From the human T2T-CHM13v2.0 reference genome, Homo sapiens, in the NCBI RefSeq assembly GCF_009914755.1, contig NC_060930.1: a stretch of 64,000 bases of DNA; one strand, 5' to 3'. The position numbers and the translations under genes are program-made. The notes under the pieces are model-generated. The model saw only the letters and a program-made list of their open reading frames with translations, was not told the origin of the DNA and ran no database searches. Below, piece after piece: positions 17,534 through 31,985 of the stretch; the stretch's first letter is position 1; each line of letters begins with the position of its first letter.

Positions 17534-19121
17534 ATGGGCATTGTTTAAGGTGCTGGCTGAGGAGTCAGGGTTGAGGTTTTCTGGCCTAAAGCGACCTCTC
17601 TAATAAATCAGTCCAGGCCAATGAACCACCTCTGGATCTTGCCTTTCCCACATTCTCCAATCTTTTGGCAGCCAGCAATGACATGGTGAGGTGAGACTCT
17701 ACTTTTTCCCTTTCTAATTTGCAAATGAATTAAACCCATCACCACCTTGAGCTGTTAACCATTTTTACCTTGGTGCAAATTACCTGTGGGGCAGCAGCCC
17801 TTTGGGAATTTATCCCAGTTGATTGTTAGCTGGTATCAGAAATGTATCAACCCAATTCCTTCCTCTGAATCATTCCCTCCCTTCTTGGAATCCACAGAAC
17901 TTTCTCATTGGCTCATACGCAGTTCACCTGTGGTATAGTTAGCTAAGGGTGCAGTGGGAGAGTGGCCTTGAACAAACCAGGTATGTGGCAATCCCCAAAA
18001 GTGGTTGGTTGTAAGGACGAATGAAGGGAAAGATACCGTTGTGAGTGGAGGTGCAAGAATATGAAGAAGTTTGCACCCTGTGCAGTAATAGGAATTGTGT
18101 ATCAATCACTTGAGCCTTTAGAGAAGTTAAGTTGCTTGCCCAAGGCCCACAAGGTAGATGACCACATCTGGATTCAAATCCAGGTATCTATGAATCCATT
18201 GTTTGTTCATTTTTCTCTGAGTCGCATTGGCATCTTGTAGAAATAGGCCCTAAATCATATATTTGAAACCCCTGGGGCTAGAGTGGCTTGGAATTTAGAA
18301 CATTTTGGATTTTAGAAGGGTAAATACATTAATATCTGTACTACAAAACATATAAAATTTATCCCAAATGGTATTTAAAAAAAAAAGCCTCCCATCAGCC
18401 TCCTGTCAATTCAGAACAGATCGTACCAGCAAGTTTGGGGTTTGCAGAGCTTTTTTTGGATTTGGGAAATGCAGATAAGAGATTGTGAACATGAGCATCA
18501 AAGAAAACAATTGCACATAGTGGCAAACATCTACTGGACGGTGAATGTTTGCCAGGCTTTCTGCCAAGCTCTGTACATGTGCGGCCCTCGCAACCAGCTT
18601 GCAAGGTAAGTGCTATTGATTACTATCCCCATTCTAAAAATCAGGAAACTGAGGCATGGATGGGCTAAATAACTTGTTTGAAGTCATATGACTAATAAAT
18701 CCACTCATTTGTTCCATCTCCATTGAAGTTGAAAGCTTATAGTTGAAAAATTTTGTAGAATCATCCACTCTAGAGAAAACCTTTTTTTCTTATTGAATGA
18801 TTAAAATATTTCCAGAATGACTGGCTGGCACTGCACTCTGATTTCAAAGTCTTTGCTTTACAGCTTTAAATTTGCCTTCTCTTTTTATTGCCTGTCTTGT
18901 TTTAACAGCAGCCAATTCACACAAAACAGCTGTAGGTTGTCTCCTTTGCACACTGATAAAAGTCTCAGGAGGTTTCAGGGGAAACCTTGTGCAAAGGACT
19001 GGCTCCATCAAAATGAGACCCACTTCCAATAAAGCAGGATACAATGTGGATTTCTATTAAAACAGTGTTATAAAATTAAAGTTGGATGATTGAGGAAGGC
19101 TTTTGCTTAGTAATGAGACTC

Positions 19122-19198
19122 TGTGGGGATGCAGAAGTTGGCCATAAACAGTGTGTTTTGTGGGGATGCAGAAGTTGGCCATAAACAGTGTGTTTTGT
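19122..19198. repeat. Perfect 37-bp tandem duplication
   Basis: tgtggggatgcagaagttggccataaacagtgtgttt at 19122 and 19159. Confidence 0.95.
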
Positions 19199-20226
19199 CT
19201 TCTGCATAACTCGGTTTCCTCTGTTCTGATAACCTGTACCTTCCCAAAGCAATCTAATAAAATTTACAGGAGTGGTTTCCTACTACTGTGCCAAACATTG
19301 TTTAGAATGCACTTTAAATACTCTCAAAGATTTAAAAGAAAAGCATCGATGTTCTAATAATTATGAAAACACATCCTCAGAATCCATATAACCATTCAAA
19401 AATCAAGGAGAACAATGTCCTTTGTTTAGTTAACCTTTCACCTTTTTTGCCTCATTAGAACTTAAAACTATTAGGCATAATATGCCTAATATAAAACATA
19501 TATAACCCCAGTGACATGCATTTATTTTGTGATTAGCTGAATTTTTTATTATTTCAGAATATTAGAATATTGTTGTTTTTTTCACAAATATGTTCTTTAA
19601 AGCTTTGTTGTTATCTTAAGAGTGATTTTATTAAGCCTGTGTAAAGAGAATGTCCAGATAATGAAATCCAATAGGAAGAAGGGTGTGTCTATAGGAATTG
19701 AGTGTAAAAGCGGCTTTGAACCAATTTATTCTTAAATAAATAAATAAGTGTCCTTATGCTGGGTTGGCTTGCCCTACAACATGGGCTGCTTTCTTCTTCA
19801 CAAAGCTCCCCCTGCTGTTTAATAAAGTCTAACTTTCCCCAATTCTTTCTGAACCTGAAGTGCTTCTAATGATCCTACAAAGTTATCTACTGATGCCTCA
19901 CATTTTATTACCAAAGCTAGAGCATTTGGCCAAATTTTGCAAAATGTTGAGAACGCAGTAATTCTTTAACAAATGCTTGTTGAATGAATTAGGATATTCC
20001 TGTCAACCTCACACCATAAGCCCGGCAACCAAGACAGAAAGAGGTGATGTAGCTCTCAGCTTTCACCTACTGTCCATATGACCTTGGGCAAGTCACGGCA
20101 CTTCGTTCATTTATTTATTTATTCAACATTTATTGATTGTTAATCCATACCAGGCACCATGCCAAGTGCTAGGGACACAATGGTGGGCAGATAGGTGTGC
20201 TTTCTACCCTCACAGACCTTCTGAAT

Positions 20227-20416
20227 CAAGGGGCTCTCAAACCTCGGTGTGTGTCAGATTCACTCAGAGGCCTTGATAAAATACACATGGCTGGGCCCCT
20301 CCTCCAGAGTATCTGATTCAGTGGGCTGGGGTGGGGGTCTGAGAATTTGCATGTCTAACAAGTTCCCAAGTGAGGGTGATACTGCTGGTCTGTGGGCCAC
20401 ACTTTGAGAACCGCTG
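20227..20416. mobile_element. MER5A hAT-Charlie MITE
   Basis: tctcaaacc...tctgattcagtgggctgggg...gaatttgcatgtctaacaagttccc...ccacactttgagaaccgctg. Confidence 0.85.
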
Positions 20417-20679
20417 GCTTTAAGAGGAACAGTCACAATAGTATGATAAATGCTGTGATGAGTCCTGGGTGAAACAGGGACACAGAGCAGAGGATTAATC
20501 TAGTCTATCGGGATAAAGAAAGTTTTCCCAGACACATGCGTTTAATCAATCCTAAGACCTTAACATCTCAGGCATTGGGATACAAGAAACACTGATCCTT
20601 CCTTTTTACACTTTAACATCTGCAAGATCACAATGCATTTGATGAAATACTGTAACAACATTTAAGCAGAAAGGGTAAT

Positions 20680-22365
<1,686 letters not shown>

Positions 22366-22674
22366 TTTTTAAAAATAGATGCACAAACATACACCCAAAT
22401 AGACAGATACCTGCAGGATGAATGATAATTAACCAGGCAGAACACGGGAGTACAGGAGATTGGAGGAATAGAGAAAGAAGAGTGTTCCCGGCAGACAGAA
22501 CTTACTAGATGACAGCCTGGGGAACATGAAAAAAAAATGGATACGTTGGCAAATATCCTATTTGAGGGACAGAAGGTCAAGAATTAAGACAGTAAGACCA
22601 GGCCACAGAGTTGTGCTCTCCCTGCTTACATGTAAAGACAGTGGTTCTCAAAGTGTGGTCCCAGAATGCGAATT

Positions 22675-25235
22675 GGCCACTACAGAAAATGGTTTGGAGG
22701 TTCTTCAAAAGATCAAAATTAGAACTACCATATGATGCAGCAATCCCACTCCTGGATTTATATCCAAAGGAATTGAAATCAGTGCATTGAAGAGCTCTCC
22801 CATTTTCATTGCAGCACTATTCACAACAGCCAAGAGATGGAATCAACCTAAGTATCTGTCGTTGGGTAAATGAGTAAAGAAATTATAGTATGTACATTAA
22901 CGTCATATTGAGAGGTGACAGCGTGCGCCCTCGCTCGCTCTCGGCGCCTCCTCGGCCTTGGCGCCCACTCTGGGCGTGCTTGAGAAGCCCTTCAGCCCAC
23001 CGCTGCACTGTGGGAGCCCCTTTCTGGGCTGGCCAAGGCCAGAGCAGGCTCCTTCAGCTTGTAGGGAGGTGTGGAGGAAGAGGCGCGAGCGAGAACCGTG
23101 GCTGCTGCGCGGCGCCTGCGTGCCAGGTGGAGCTCCGGGTAGGCGTGGGCTTGGCGGGCCCCGCACTCGGAGCGGCCAGCCGGCCCTGCCGACCCCCGGC
23201 AATGAGGGGCTTAGCACCCGGGCCAGCGGCTCCGGAGGCTGTGCTGGGTCCCCCAGCAGTGCCGGCCCAGCGGCGCTGCACTCGATTTCTCGCCAGGCCT
23301 TAGCTGCCTCCCCGCGGGGCAGGGCCCGGGACCTGCAGCCCGCCCTGTCTGAGCCTTCTCCTTTTCCGTGGGCTCCTGTGCAGCCCAAGCCTCCTCAACG
23401 AGCGCCGCCCCCTGCTCCACGGCGCCCAGTCCCATCCACCACTCAAGGGCTGCGGAGCGCGGGCGCAGGGCGAGGGACTGGCAGGCAACTCCACCTGCGG
23501 CCAGGGTGCAGGATCCACTGGGTGAAGCCAGCTGGGCTCCTAAGTCGGGTACAGACTTGGAAAACCTTTATGTCTAGCTTAGGGATTGCAAATACACCAA
23601 TCGGCACTCTGTATCTAGCTCAAGGTTTGTAAACACACCAATCAGCACCCTGTGTCTAGCTCAGGGTTTGTGAATGCACCAATCCACACTCTGTATCTAG
23701 CTACTCTGGTGGGGACTTGGAGAACCTTTATGTCTAGCTAGGGGATTGTAAATACACCAATCGGCACTCTGTATCTAGCTCAAGATTTGTAAACACACCA
23801 ATCAGCACCCTGTGTCTAGCTCAGGGTTTGTGAATGCACCAATCGACACTCTGTATCTAGCTAATCTAGTGGGGAGGTGGAGAACCTTTGTGTCTAGCTC
23901 AGGGATTATAAACGCACCAATCAGTGCCCTGTCAAAACAGACCACTCGGCTCTCTGTAAAATGGACCAATCAGCAGGATGTGGGTGGGGCCAGATAAGAG
24001 AATAAAAGCAGGCTGCCGAGCCGGCAATGGTCACCCATTTAGGTCCTTTATACATGTGGTGTGGGCTTTGTTCTTTTGCTTTTTGCAATAATTTCTGCTG
24101 TAATCCAGTTTGGGTCCGCGTTCCGTTTATGAGTTAAAACGCTGACTATGGAGGTGTACAGCTTTGTTTCTCAAGCTCAAAGAGACTGTGAACCTACTGC
24201 AAGGAACAAAGAATTCTAGAGACGGTGCTTTGAGAGCTGTGACAGTCACTGTGAAGGTCCAGCAGCTTATTTTCTGAGCCACCGAGACTGTGATCTTGGC
24301 GGGAAGAAAAAACTCAAAACACCTTCGAAAGGAGCAAGCTCCAGAAACGCTGCCTTTAAAAACTAACACTTACTGTGAGGATCTGTGATTTCATTCTTGG
24401 TCAGTGAGACCAAGAACCTGCCAAGGTTGCTTACAATATTATGTGGCCCTTGAAGGCAATCCTGCCATTTGCGAAAACATGGATAAATCTGAAAGATATT
24501 ACACTAACTGGAACAAGCCCAGTAGAGAGAGAGAATACTGCATGATCTCACTTTACATAGGGAATCTTCTTAAAGTCAAGTGCATAGAAATATCAGCGTA
24601 AAATGGTGGTTGCCAAGGGTCTGAAGTTGGGCGGGTGGGGTGGTGGTAATGAGATGTTCGTCTGAGGGGCACAAAGTTTCAAGCCAGGCTCGGTCACTCA
24701 TACCTGTAATCCCAGCCCTTTGGGAGGCTGAGGTGGGTAGGTTACTTGAGTTCAGGAGTTAGAGACTATCCTGACCAACGTGGTGAAACCCCGTCTCTAC
24801 TAAAAATACAAAAACTAGCTCGGTGCCATGGCAGGTACCTGTAATCCCAGCTGCACAGGAGGCTGAGGCATGAAAATCACCTGAACCCGGGAGGCAGAGT
24901 TTGCAGTAAGCCAAGATCGTGCCAGTGCGCTCCAGCCTGGGTGACAGAGCAAAACCCTGTCTCAAAGAAAAAAAGTTTCGGTTAGGAGGAATAAGTTTTG
25001 GAATCTATTGCACGCAGGGGACAATAATTAATAATGGTGTGTTGTATACTGGAAGTTTGCTAACAGATTTTAGGTGTTCTAACCACATGTACGCAAAAAA
25101 GAATATGTGAGATAATGGATATGTTAATTTGTTTGACTGTAGTAATCATTTTGCCACGTATGTGTACCTCAAAACATGATACGCCTTAAGTATATACAAT
25201 AAAAAATGAAATAAATAAAAATTTAAAATAAAAAA
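22675..25235 (+). mobile_element. L1MA 3' end interrupted by LTR12C and an Alu (24683-24975), itself inside a split MER5A (22639-22667 and 25240-25405)
   Basis: L1 3' UTR sequence is collinear across the LTR. MER5A ends cagtggttctcaaagtgtggtccc and ...ctgagaaccact flank it. Confidence 0.7.
22909..24435 (+). mobile_element. Solo LTR12C-type (ERV9) LTR
   Basis: TGAGAGGTGACAGCGTG start, CA end, ATAT TSD (22905-22908 and 24436-24439). CpG-rich U3, tandem ~41-bp CCAAT-containing repeats (23570-23970), and an AATAAAAGCAGGCTG TATA-like region at 24001. Confidence 0.93.
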
Positions 25236-25769
25236 CCCCAGTGGTTCCAGGATCAGAAGCAACTGCATCACCTGAGAGCTTGTTAGAAATGCACATTTCC
25301 AGGCCTCACCCCGGACCTACTGAGTCAGAAACTCTAGGGTTGGGACCTAGAAATCTGGGTCTTAACAAGCCCTCCAGCTGATGGCACTGAAGTCTGAGAA
25401 CCACTTCTCTTGGTTTCTTATAAATCTGATGTCCCTACAGGAGCCAGTTTTTTAAATAGGGTGAATCTAGTCATAGCACTCCTGGCTTGAACCTTCCAGC
25501 ATTCTGCACTTCTTAGGCAGAGGGCTGACACAATCCGTTTACGTTTTGAAGGTCCCCTCGGGCTGCTCTGTGGAGAATCAGTTAGAAAGGGAAAGAATGA
25601 TCACAGAAGACAGGTGAGGAGGCCACTGCAATAATCTAGGTACAGGCCATGGGAGCTGGACTCACTAGGCCAGTAGCAGTGAAAACAGAAAAGAGCACAC
25701 AGCTCTTTGAGAGATATGTAAGTCGAGTCAATAGGATTAGACCTTTTCCCCCTAGCAGCCTCCCAAATT

Positions 25770-27520
25770 TTTGTTGTGTTGTTGTAAAATACACATAACA
25801 CAAAATTTACCATCTTAACCATATTTAAGAATACAGTTGAGTGGCATTAAGGACGTTGACACCATTGTGCTCAGTGCCACTCATCCACAGAAATTTTTCA
25901 TCTGTCCAAACAGAAATTCTGTACCCATATTGAACAACAACCCCTATTCCTCCCTCCCCAAGCCCCTGGTGACCTCTATTCTACTCTCTGTCTTTATGAA
26001 TATACTTATTCTAGGTTCCTCATATAAGTGGAATCATACAATCTTTCTGTGTCTGGCTTCTTAGCATAATGTCTTCAAAGTTCATCCATGTGGCATGTGT
26101 CACTGTTAGAGTAGGTTGTTAGGTAGACATCAGCAGGGCAGGAGAGGGCTCCCCCACCCCTATCAGGAATGTCAGGGAGCCAGCCGACAATGGCCAGGCA
26201 GTTGTCATACTGTTTCTCTAGAATAATAATGGATCACAGCCGGTACCAGGGAAGGGCAGTCTCCCAATAGATAGAAACACCTGAAACTGTGATCAGCAGC
26301 TTCCCAGTAAGATCTCAGGAGTTAGGCAAATGGGACTCAAGCATTTGCACTAAGAGGTAAAATAGCAGTTTAACCCGTATATGACTTTCCTCTAGGAACA
26401 TTCAACTGGTAAAGGAAAAACGCCTCAAGGGAGCGTGCTACAACTCCAGTAAACACACTGTGCATGGAGCCCCTCCCGAGTGCTGGCAGGCCACTGCACA
26501 TGTGGAATGCCAATGTATAAAACCCCAAGTCAAAGGTCACACCATGCACTTGAATCTCTCAAGTCACCTGTTTGGCCCTCTTCCAAGTATACTTTACTTC
26601 CTTTCGTTCTGGCTCTAAAACTTTTTAGTAAACTTTCACTCCTGCGCTAAAACTTGTCTCGGTCTCTCCCTCTGCTTTATGCCCCTCGGTCGAGTTCTTT
26701 CTTCTGAGGAGGCAAGCATTGAGGTTGCTGCAGACCCGTATGAATTCACCACTGCTAACATTACAACTCCATTCCTTTTTATGGCTGAAAAATATTTTGT
26801 TGTATATATATACATACATATATATTATTATATACATATATACATATTACAATATACATATATACACATACACCACATGATGTTATATTATATACATAGG
26901 TACACATACTACATGACGATTATTCAATCATCTATCATTGGACATGCATTGCTTTCACCTTTTGGCTATTGTAAATAGTGCTGCTATGCACATCAATGTA
27001 CAAGTATCTGTTCCAGCCCCTGCTTTCAATTGCTTTGTGTATACACCTAGGAGTAGAACCGCTAGATCATATGTTAATTATGTTTAATTCTGTTAAATTT
27101 TTTGAACTGCCAAATTATTTTCCATAGCACTTCACCATTTTCCATTCCCACCAGCAACCCAGGAAGATTTCTGCTTTTCCACATCCATGCCAGCATTTAT
27201 TTTCTGTTTTTTTTTTTTTTTTTCATAATAGCCTTCCTAATGGGTATGATGTGGCATTTCACTGTGGTTTTGATTTGTGTTTCCCTGATGGCTAGTGATG
27301 TTAAGCATCTTTTCATGAGCTTATTGACCATTTATGTATCTTCTCTGGAGACACGCCTATTCAAGTCCATTGCCCATTTTATGAATTTAGGTTTTTTGGT
27401 TTTTGTAGGAGTTCTTTATATATCCTGGGTATAAATCCCTTATCAGATATGTGATTTGCAAATATTTTCTTTCATTCTGTGGGTTGCTTTTTCACTCTCT
27501 TGACAGTATCCTTTGATGCA
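25770..27520 (-). mobile_element. L1MB-type 3' region, antisense, interrupted by MER50
   Basis: aaatttaccatcttaacca...cccttatcagatatgtgatttgcaaatattttct. Confidence 0.75.
26104..26760 (+). mobile_element. MER50 solo LTR inserted in an antisense L1M
   Basis: TGTTAGAGTAGG...GCAGGGCAGGAGAGGG start, GCTAACA end, approximate TSD tcac/ttac. Confidence 0.8.
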
Positions 27521-28216
27521 TTAACAGGATTAGATTCTGGATATATTCACTGACTTATTCAGCTTGTATTAATTGAGTGCCAGCTTTGTCCCAGGAGCTC
27601 TGGAGGCACTAGAGATTTAGCAGGGAAAAAGGCATGCTTGGTCTCAGGGTGAGAGAAAAGGAGGGTGGATAAAGGCATTTAGAAAATCCCTTTTTAACAC
27701 TATAGCCTGCCTCCCATGGCTGAAATCTTGCTGCATAATCCTGTTTTCCATGTCAGAAGCAGAGAATTACCTTTCTCTTTGCCTTATTGGTGTTAACAAA
27801 TTTCACTTCTCCCTAGGCAGAAAGATGGCTTGAGCCACTTGAGGCCCAGATCTTTGGTGATGTTGCAGAAGGCAATAAAGACCTAGCTTTTTTCTCTATG
27901 GAATACAGTGAGCCTCTGAAGAGGCCTGCACAATGGAGGAGCTCTAGAACTTAAATTTCATTTGCTTTAAAATAAATGTACTTCTGGGCTTCTGAGCCAC
28001 TTTGAGAACATTTCTGAGGACAAAAATCAATGCTGCCTGCCAATATAGCCAACAGCTGCTGCAAAACAGCAGGGCCTGGTTTTGAAGGAAGGTAGGAGCA
28101 GGACCTCCCTGATCCACTGTGGTCTTCTCCTCCAAGGGGACCAACAGCATTCTTTTGACCGTAGATTTAATGGTTATGCCCAACAAGTTATTGGAGCAAA
28201 ATGCTGGGGAAGGTAA

Positions 28217-28860
28217 TGTAAACCAAAAATAAAATTCTAAGCCCTCCAACCATTTGAATGGACCCTTTTTCTCAGCCAAGGGCATTCTAAAGTTAACCTG
28301 AAAAACTAGTTGAGGCCATGACAGGAAGCGGGAGTTGGGCATGTCTCATTATTCCCTCCTCCCTTTTGTAATTCAGACACATCTGATCAACAGTAACATT
28401 AAAACACATCTTAAGGGTGATAGAAGAGACTCTAAGTCTGATAAGAAATGGTTACAATCTATTCTCTCTGAAGCCTCCTACCTGGAGGCTTCATCTGCAT
28501 GATGAAACCTTGGTCTCCACCACCCCTTATCTTTACCCAGACATTCCCTTCTACGGATTCCAGGTCTTTAGATAATAACTCAACCAATTTCCAATGAGAA
28601 AATCTTTGAATCTGCCTATGACTGGAAGCCCCCACTTCCAGTTGTCCTGCCTTTCTGGACCAAACCAATGTACATCTTATATGTATTGATTGATGTCTTA
28701 TGTCTCCCTAAAATGTATAAAACCAAGTTGTAGGCTGACTCCCTTGGGCACATGTTCTCAGGATCTCCTGACAGCTATGTCACAGGCCATTGATCACTCA
28801 TATTTGGCTCATAATAAATCTCATCAAATATTTTACAGAGTTTAATTTTTTTCATCGACA
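28217..28860 (+). mobile_element. MER4 (D/E-like) solo LTR
   Basis: TGTAAACCAAAAATAAAATTCTAAG start, ...TCGACA end, approximate TSD gtaa/gtag. Confidence 0.8.
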
Positions 28861-29254
28861 GTAGGAGAGACAATCCTCTAACTCCATTTTTCTGGTACTG
28901 TGAAGAGGGATTTTTTTTCCCAAACAGTCTTGCCACACCTTCCTCATTGATTCTCAGGAAAGAGAATCAGCAAAGTGATGAATTTGATACAAGTAATCCC
29001 TTTGTGCCTTTTTCTTTGGGAAAATGATTTACACAGAAGTCATCGTCCCTTTTATATTTGGTTTAAGATCAAGCTCAAGATCTCCAAGTAAAGTTTTGTT
29101 GCTAATGAAAAATGTTGTGCAATTGAGGGAAATTTTATTTAACCACGCTGGAAGACTGAATTGTCTTTCTATTCTTTCTACATAAAATGATATTATAAAA
29201 CCATTGTTTTGTGAAGGGGTAATCAAAAAGTATGCAGCCAAAATAATGTAGAGA

Positions 29255-29493
29255 GGATGTGAGGCCAATCTGGCTGCGACATCTGTCACCCCACTAATCG
29301 TCAGGGTTGATTCGGCTGATCTGGCTGGCTAGGTGGGTGTCCCCTTCCTCCCTTACCACTCTATGTGTGTCCCTCCTGAAGCTGCGCACTCGGTCGAAGA
29401 GGACAACCGTCCCTGATAGAGGAGGACCGGTCTTCAGTCAAGGGTATACAAGCAGCTGCGCTCCCCTGCTAGAACCTTCAAACGAGCTTTCAA
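29255..29493 (+). pseudogene. 7SK snRNA pseudogene (RN7SK retrocopy), 3'-truncated at about nt 240
   Basis: GGATGTGAGGCCAATCTGGCTGCGACATCTGTCACCCC...CTAGAACCTTCAAACGAGCTTTCAA follows 7SK nt 1 to ~240. Direct repeat CAAAATAATGTAGA at 29239-29252 and 29491-29504. Confidence 0.96.
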
Positions 29494-29582
29494 AATAATG
29501 TAGAAGAGTGACAATATTTATTAATATGTATTTAATAAATATATTTTTTGGTTAAAAATAATATTAACATGTCAATTTCTAG

Positions 29583-29949
<367 letters not shown>

Positions 29950-30548
29950 TGTGACTTCTGTTTTCAATCTAAACAAATATTCACTTTCATATCTACTTTG
30001 ATATTCATAATTTTGTTCTTAAAAGTTTCCCTCATATTGTATACACATCAGGCCTCACAAAACCTAGATCCATCCCCCCACCCCCACATTAATCAAATTA
30101 ACTCTGAGGTACTAAAAAGCTATAAATCTACTTCCTCTTCTATTTTCCATCTCAAATTAAGTTCATCATGTTGTTCAGTACAGCCTACCAAAGGTTGTGC
30201 AGTGAGCTCAAATGACATCATAATGACAATAAAATGCCAACAACACATGCCTCCTGTCATGAAGTCACCATGGATTCAAAGTTCAAAGATTAAAATCTCA
30301 AAGAAGTTAAAGTCCAGGAATTTTATGTTACAGTTCAAAGGAATTAATCCAATATGTTTACCCTTGTGAATTAAAGTGTAAAGTCCAAATCCCTTAGGTT
30401 AACTAAAAAAGAAACTAAAGGTGGCACACGCATGCTCTCCCAGCTATTTGGAAGGCTGAGAGGGGAGCATCACTTGAGCCCAGGATTTTGAAACCAGCCT
30501 GAGCAATAGAGTAAGAGTCTATCTCTAAAAAAAGGAAAGAAAGAAAGA

Positions 30549-30980
30549 GATATGGTTTGGATTTGTGTTCCCGCCCAAATCTCATGTCGAATTGCAATCC
30601 CCAGTGTTGGAGGAGGGGCCTGGTGGGATGTTGGAGGAGGGACCTGGTGGGATGTTGGAGGAGGGGCCTGGTGGGAGGTGATTGGATCATGGGGGTGAAC
30701 TGACCCCTTGCTGCTCTCGTGATAATGAGTTAGTTCTCACTTGATCTGGTTGTTTAAAAGTGTGTAGCAGCACCTCCTCCTTCACTCTCTTCCTCCTGCT
30801 CCAGCCATGTCAGATGTGCCTGCTTCCCCTTTGCCTTCCACCACAATTGTAAGTTTCCTGAGGCTTCCCCAGCCTGCTTCCTGTACAGCCTGCAGAACTG
30901 TGAGCCAATTAAACCTCTTTTCTTTATAAATTACCCAGTCTTGGGTATTTCTTTATAGCAGTGCAAGAACAAACTAACAC
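30549..30980 (+). mobile_element. MSTA-type MaLR LTR with an internal 24-bp triplication
   Basis: gatatggtttggat...gaactgtgagccaattaaacctcttttctttataaattacccag. Confidence 0.85.
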
Positions 30981-31593
30981 AGAAAGAAAAGAAATTAAAA
31001 TCTTCCCCAATTTCTTCTACTCATTTCCCACCAGAGGGCTGTTGGTGACTGGGCAGATGGAGGTACTCCTCTAGAAGCCCAGCCTGGGACGATCATGTTC
31101 TTTCAGGATGCCCAAAACATCATTCATCCGATCACTTTTCAGAACATCTGAAGTGTTCACAAGAGGCAAGGCTATGGTGGCACTGGTCCTGTATCTATTA
31201 ATTGGCAAAACAAAAACAAAAAACCAAGTCAGGCCCTGGCCCTTAGTTATCCAGGCAAAAATTATGATCTAGAAACCAATACCTTGGTGTTGCCAAAGAC
31301 ACTGATAGCTGAGTGGAGCAGGAGAAGGCAGAGAAAGTCTTGGTGTCGGCCACACCAGGCAAAAACTAGTTAATCCTAGTTATACAGGATCTATGACTTG
31401 TGCCCTTTAGCTTAATGGGGAGACTCTTCCTACCAAGAAATTAATGAGAGCACTCTATTTACCAATGGAGAGGGTTATTTACGTTTGTTGTTTCTTTTAA
31501 AGAATATTAAAGAGTAGCGTTCAAGGCATCCCTACTTTCTTACAAAGGTTAGAAATTTACAAACTGTCCCCCAATCATTGCATCTTATTCTTA

Positions 31594-31985
<392 letters not shown>

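Noticed and set aside
22890-23632. Long overlapping ORFs (up to 224 aa)
   Set aside because: They lie in the GC-rich LTR12 U3, where stop codons are rare; no recognisable protein.
23570-23970. Regularly spaced ~41-bp repeats resembling a CRISPR-like array
   Set aside because: These are the known tandem enhancer repeats of ERV9/LTR12. There are no unique spacers and the context is eukaryotic.
29307-29498. 63-aa ORF
   Set aside because: Translation of the 7SK pseudogene.
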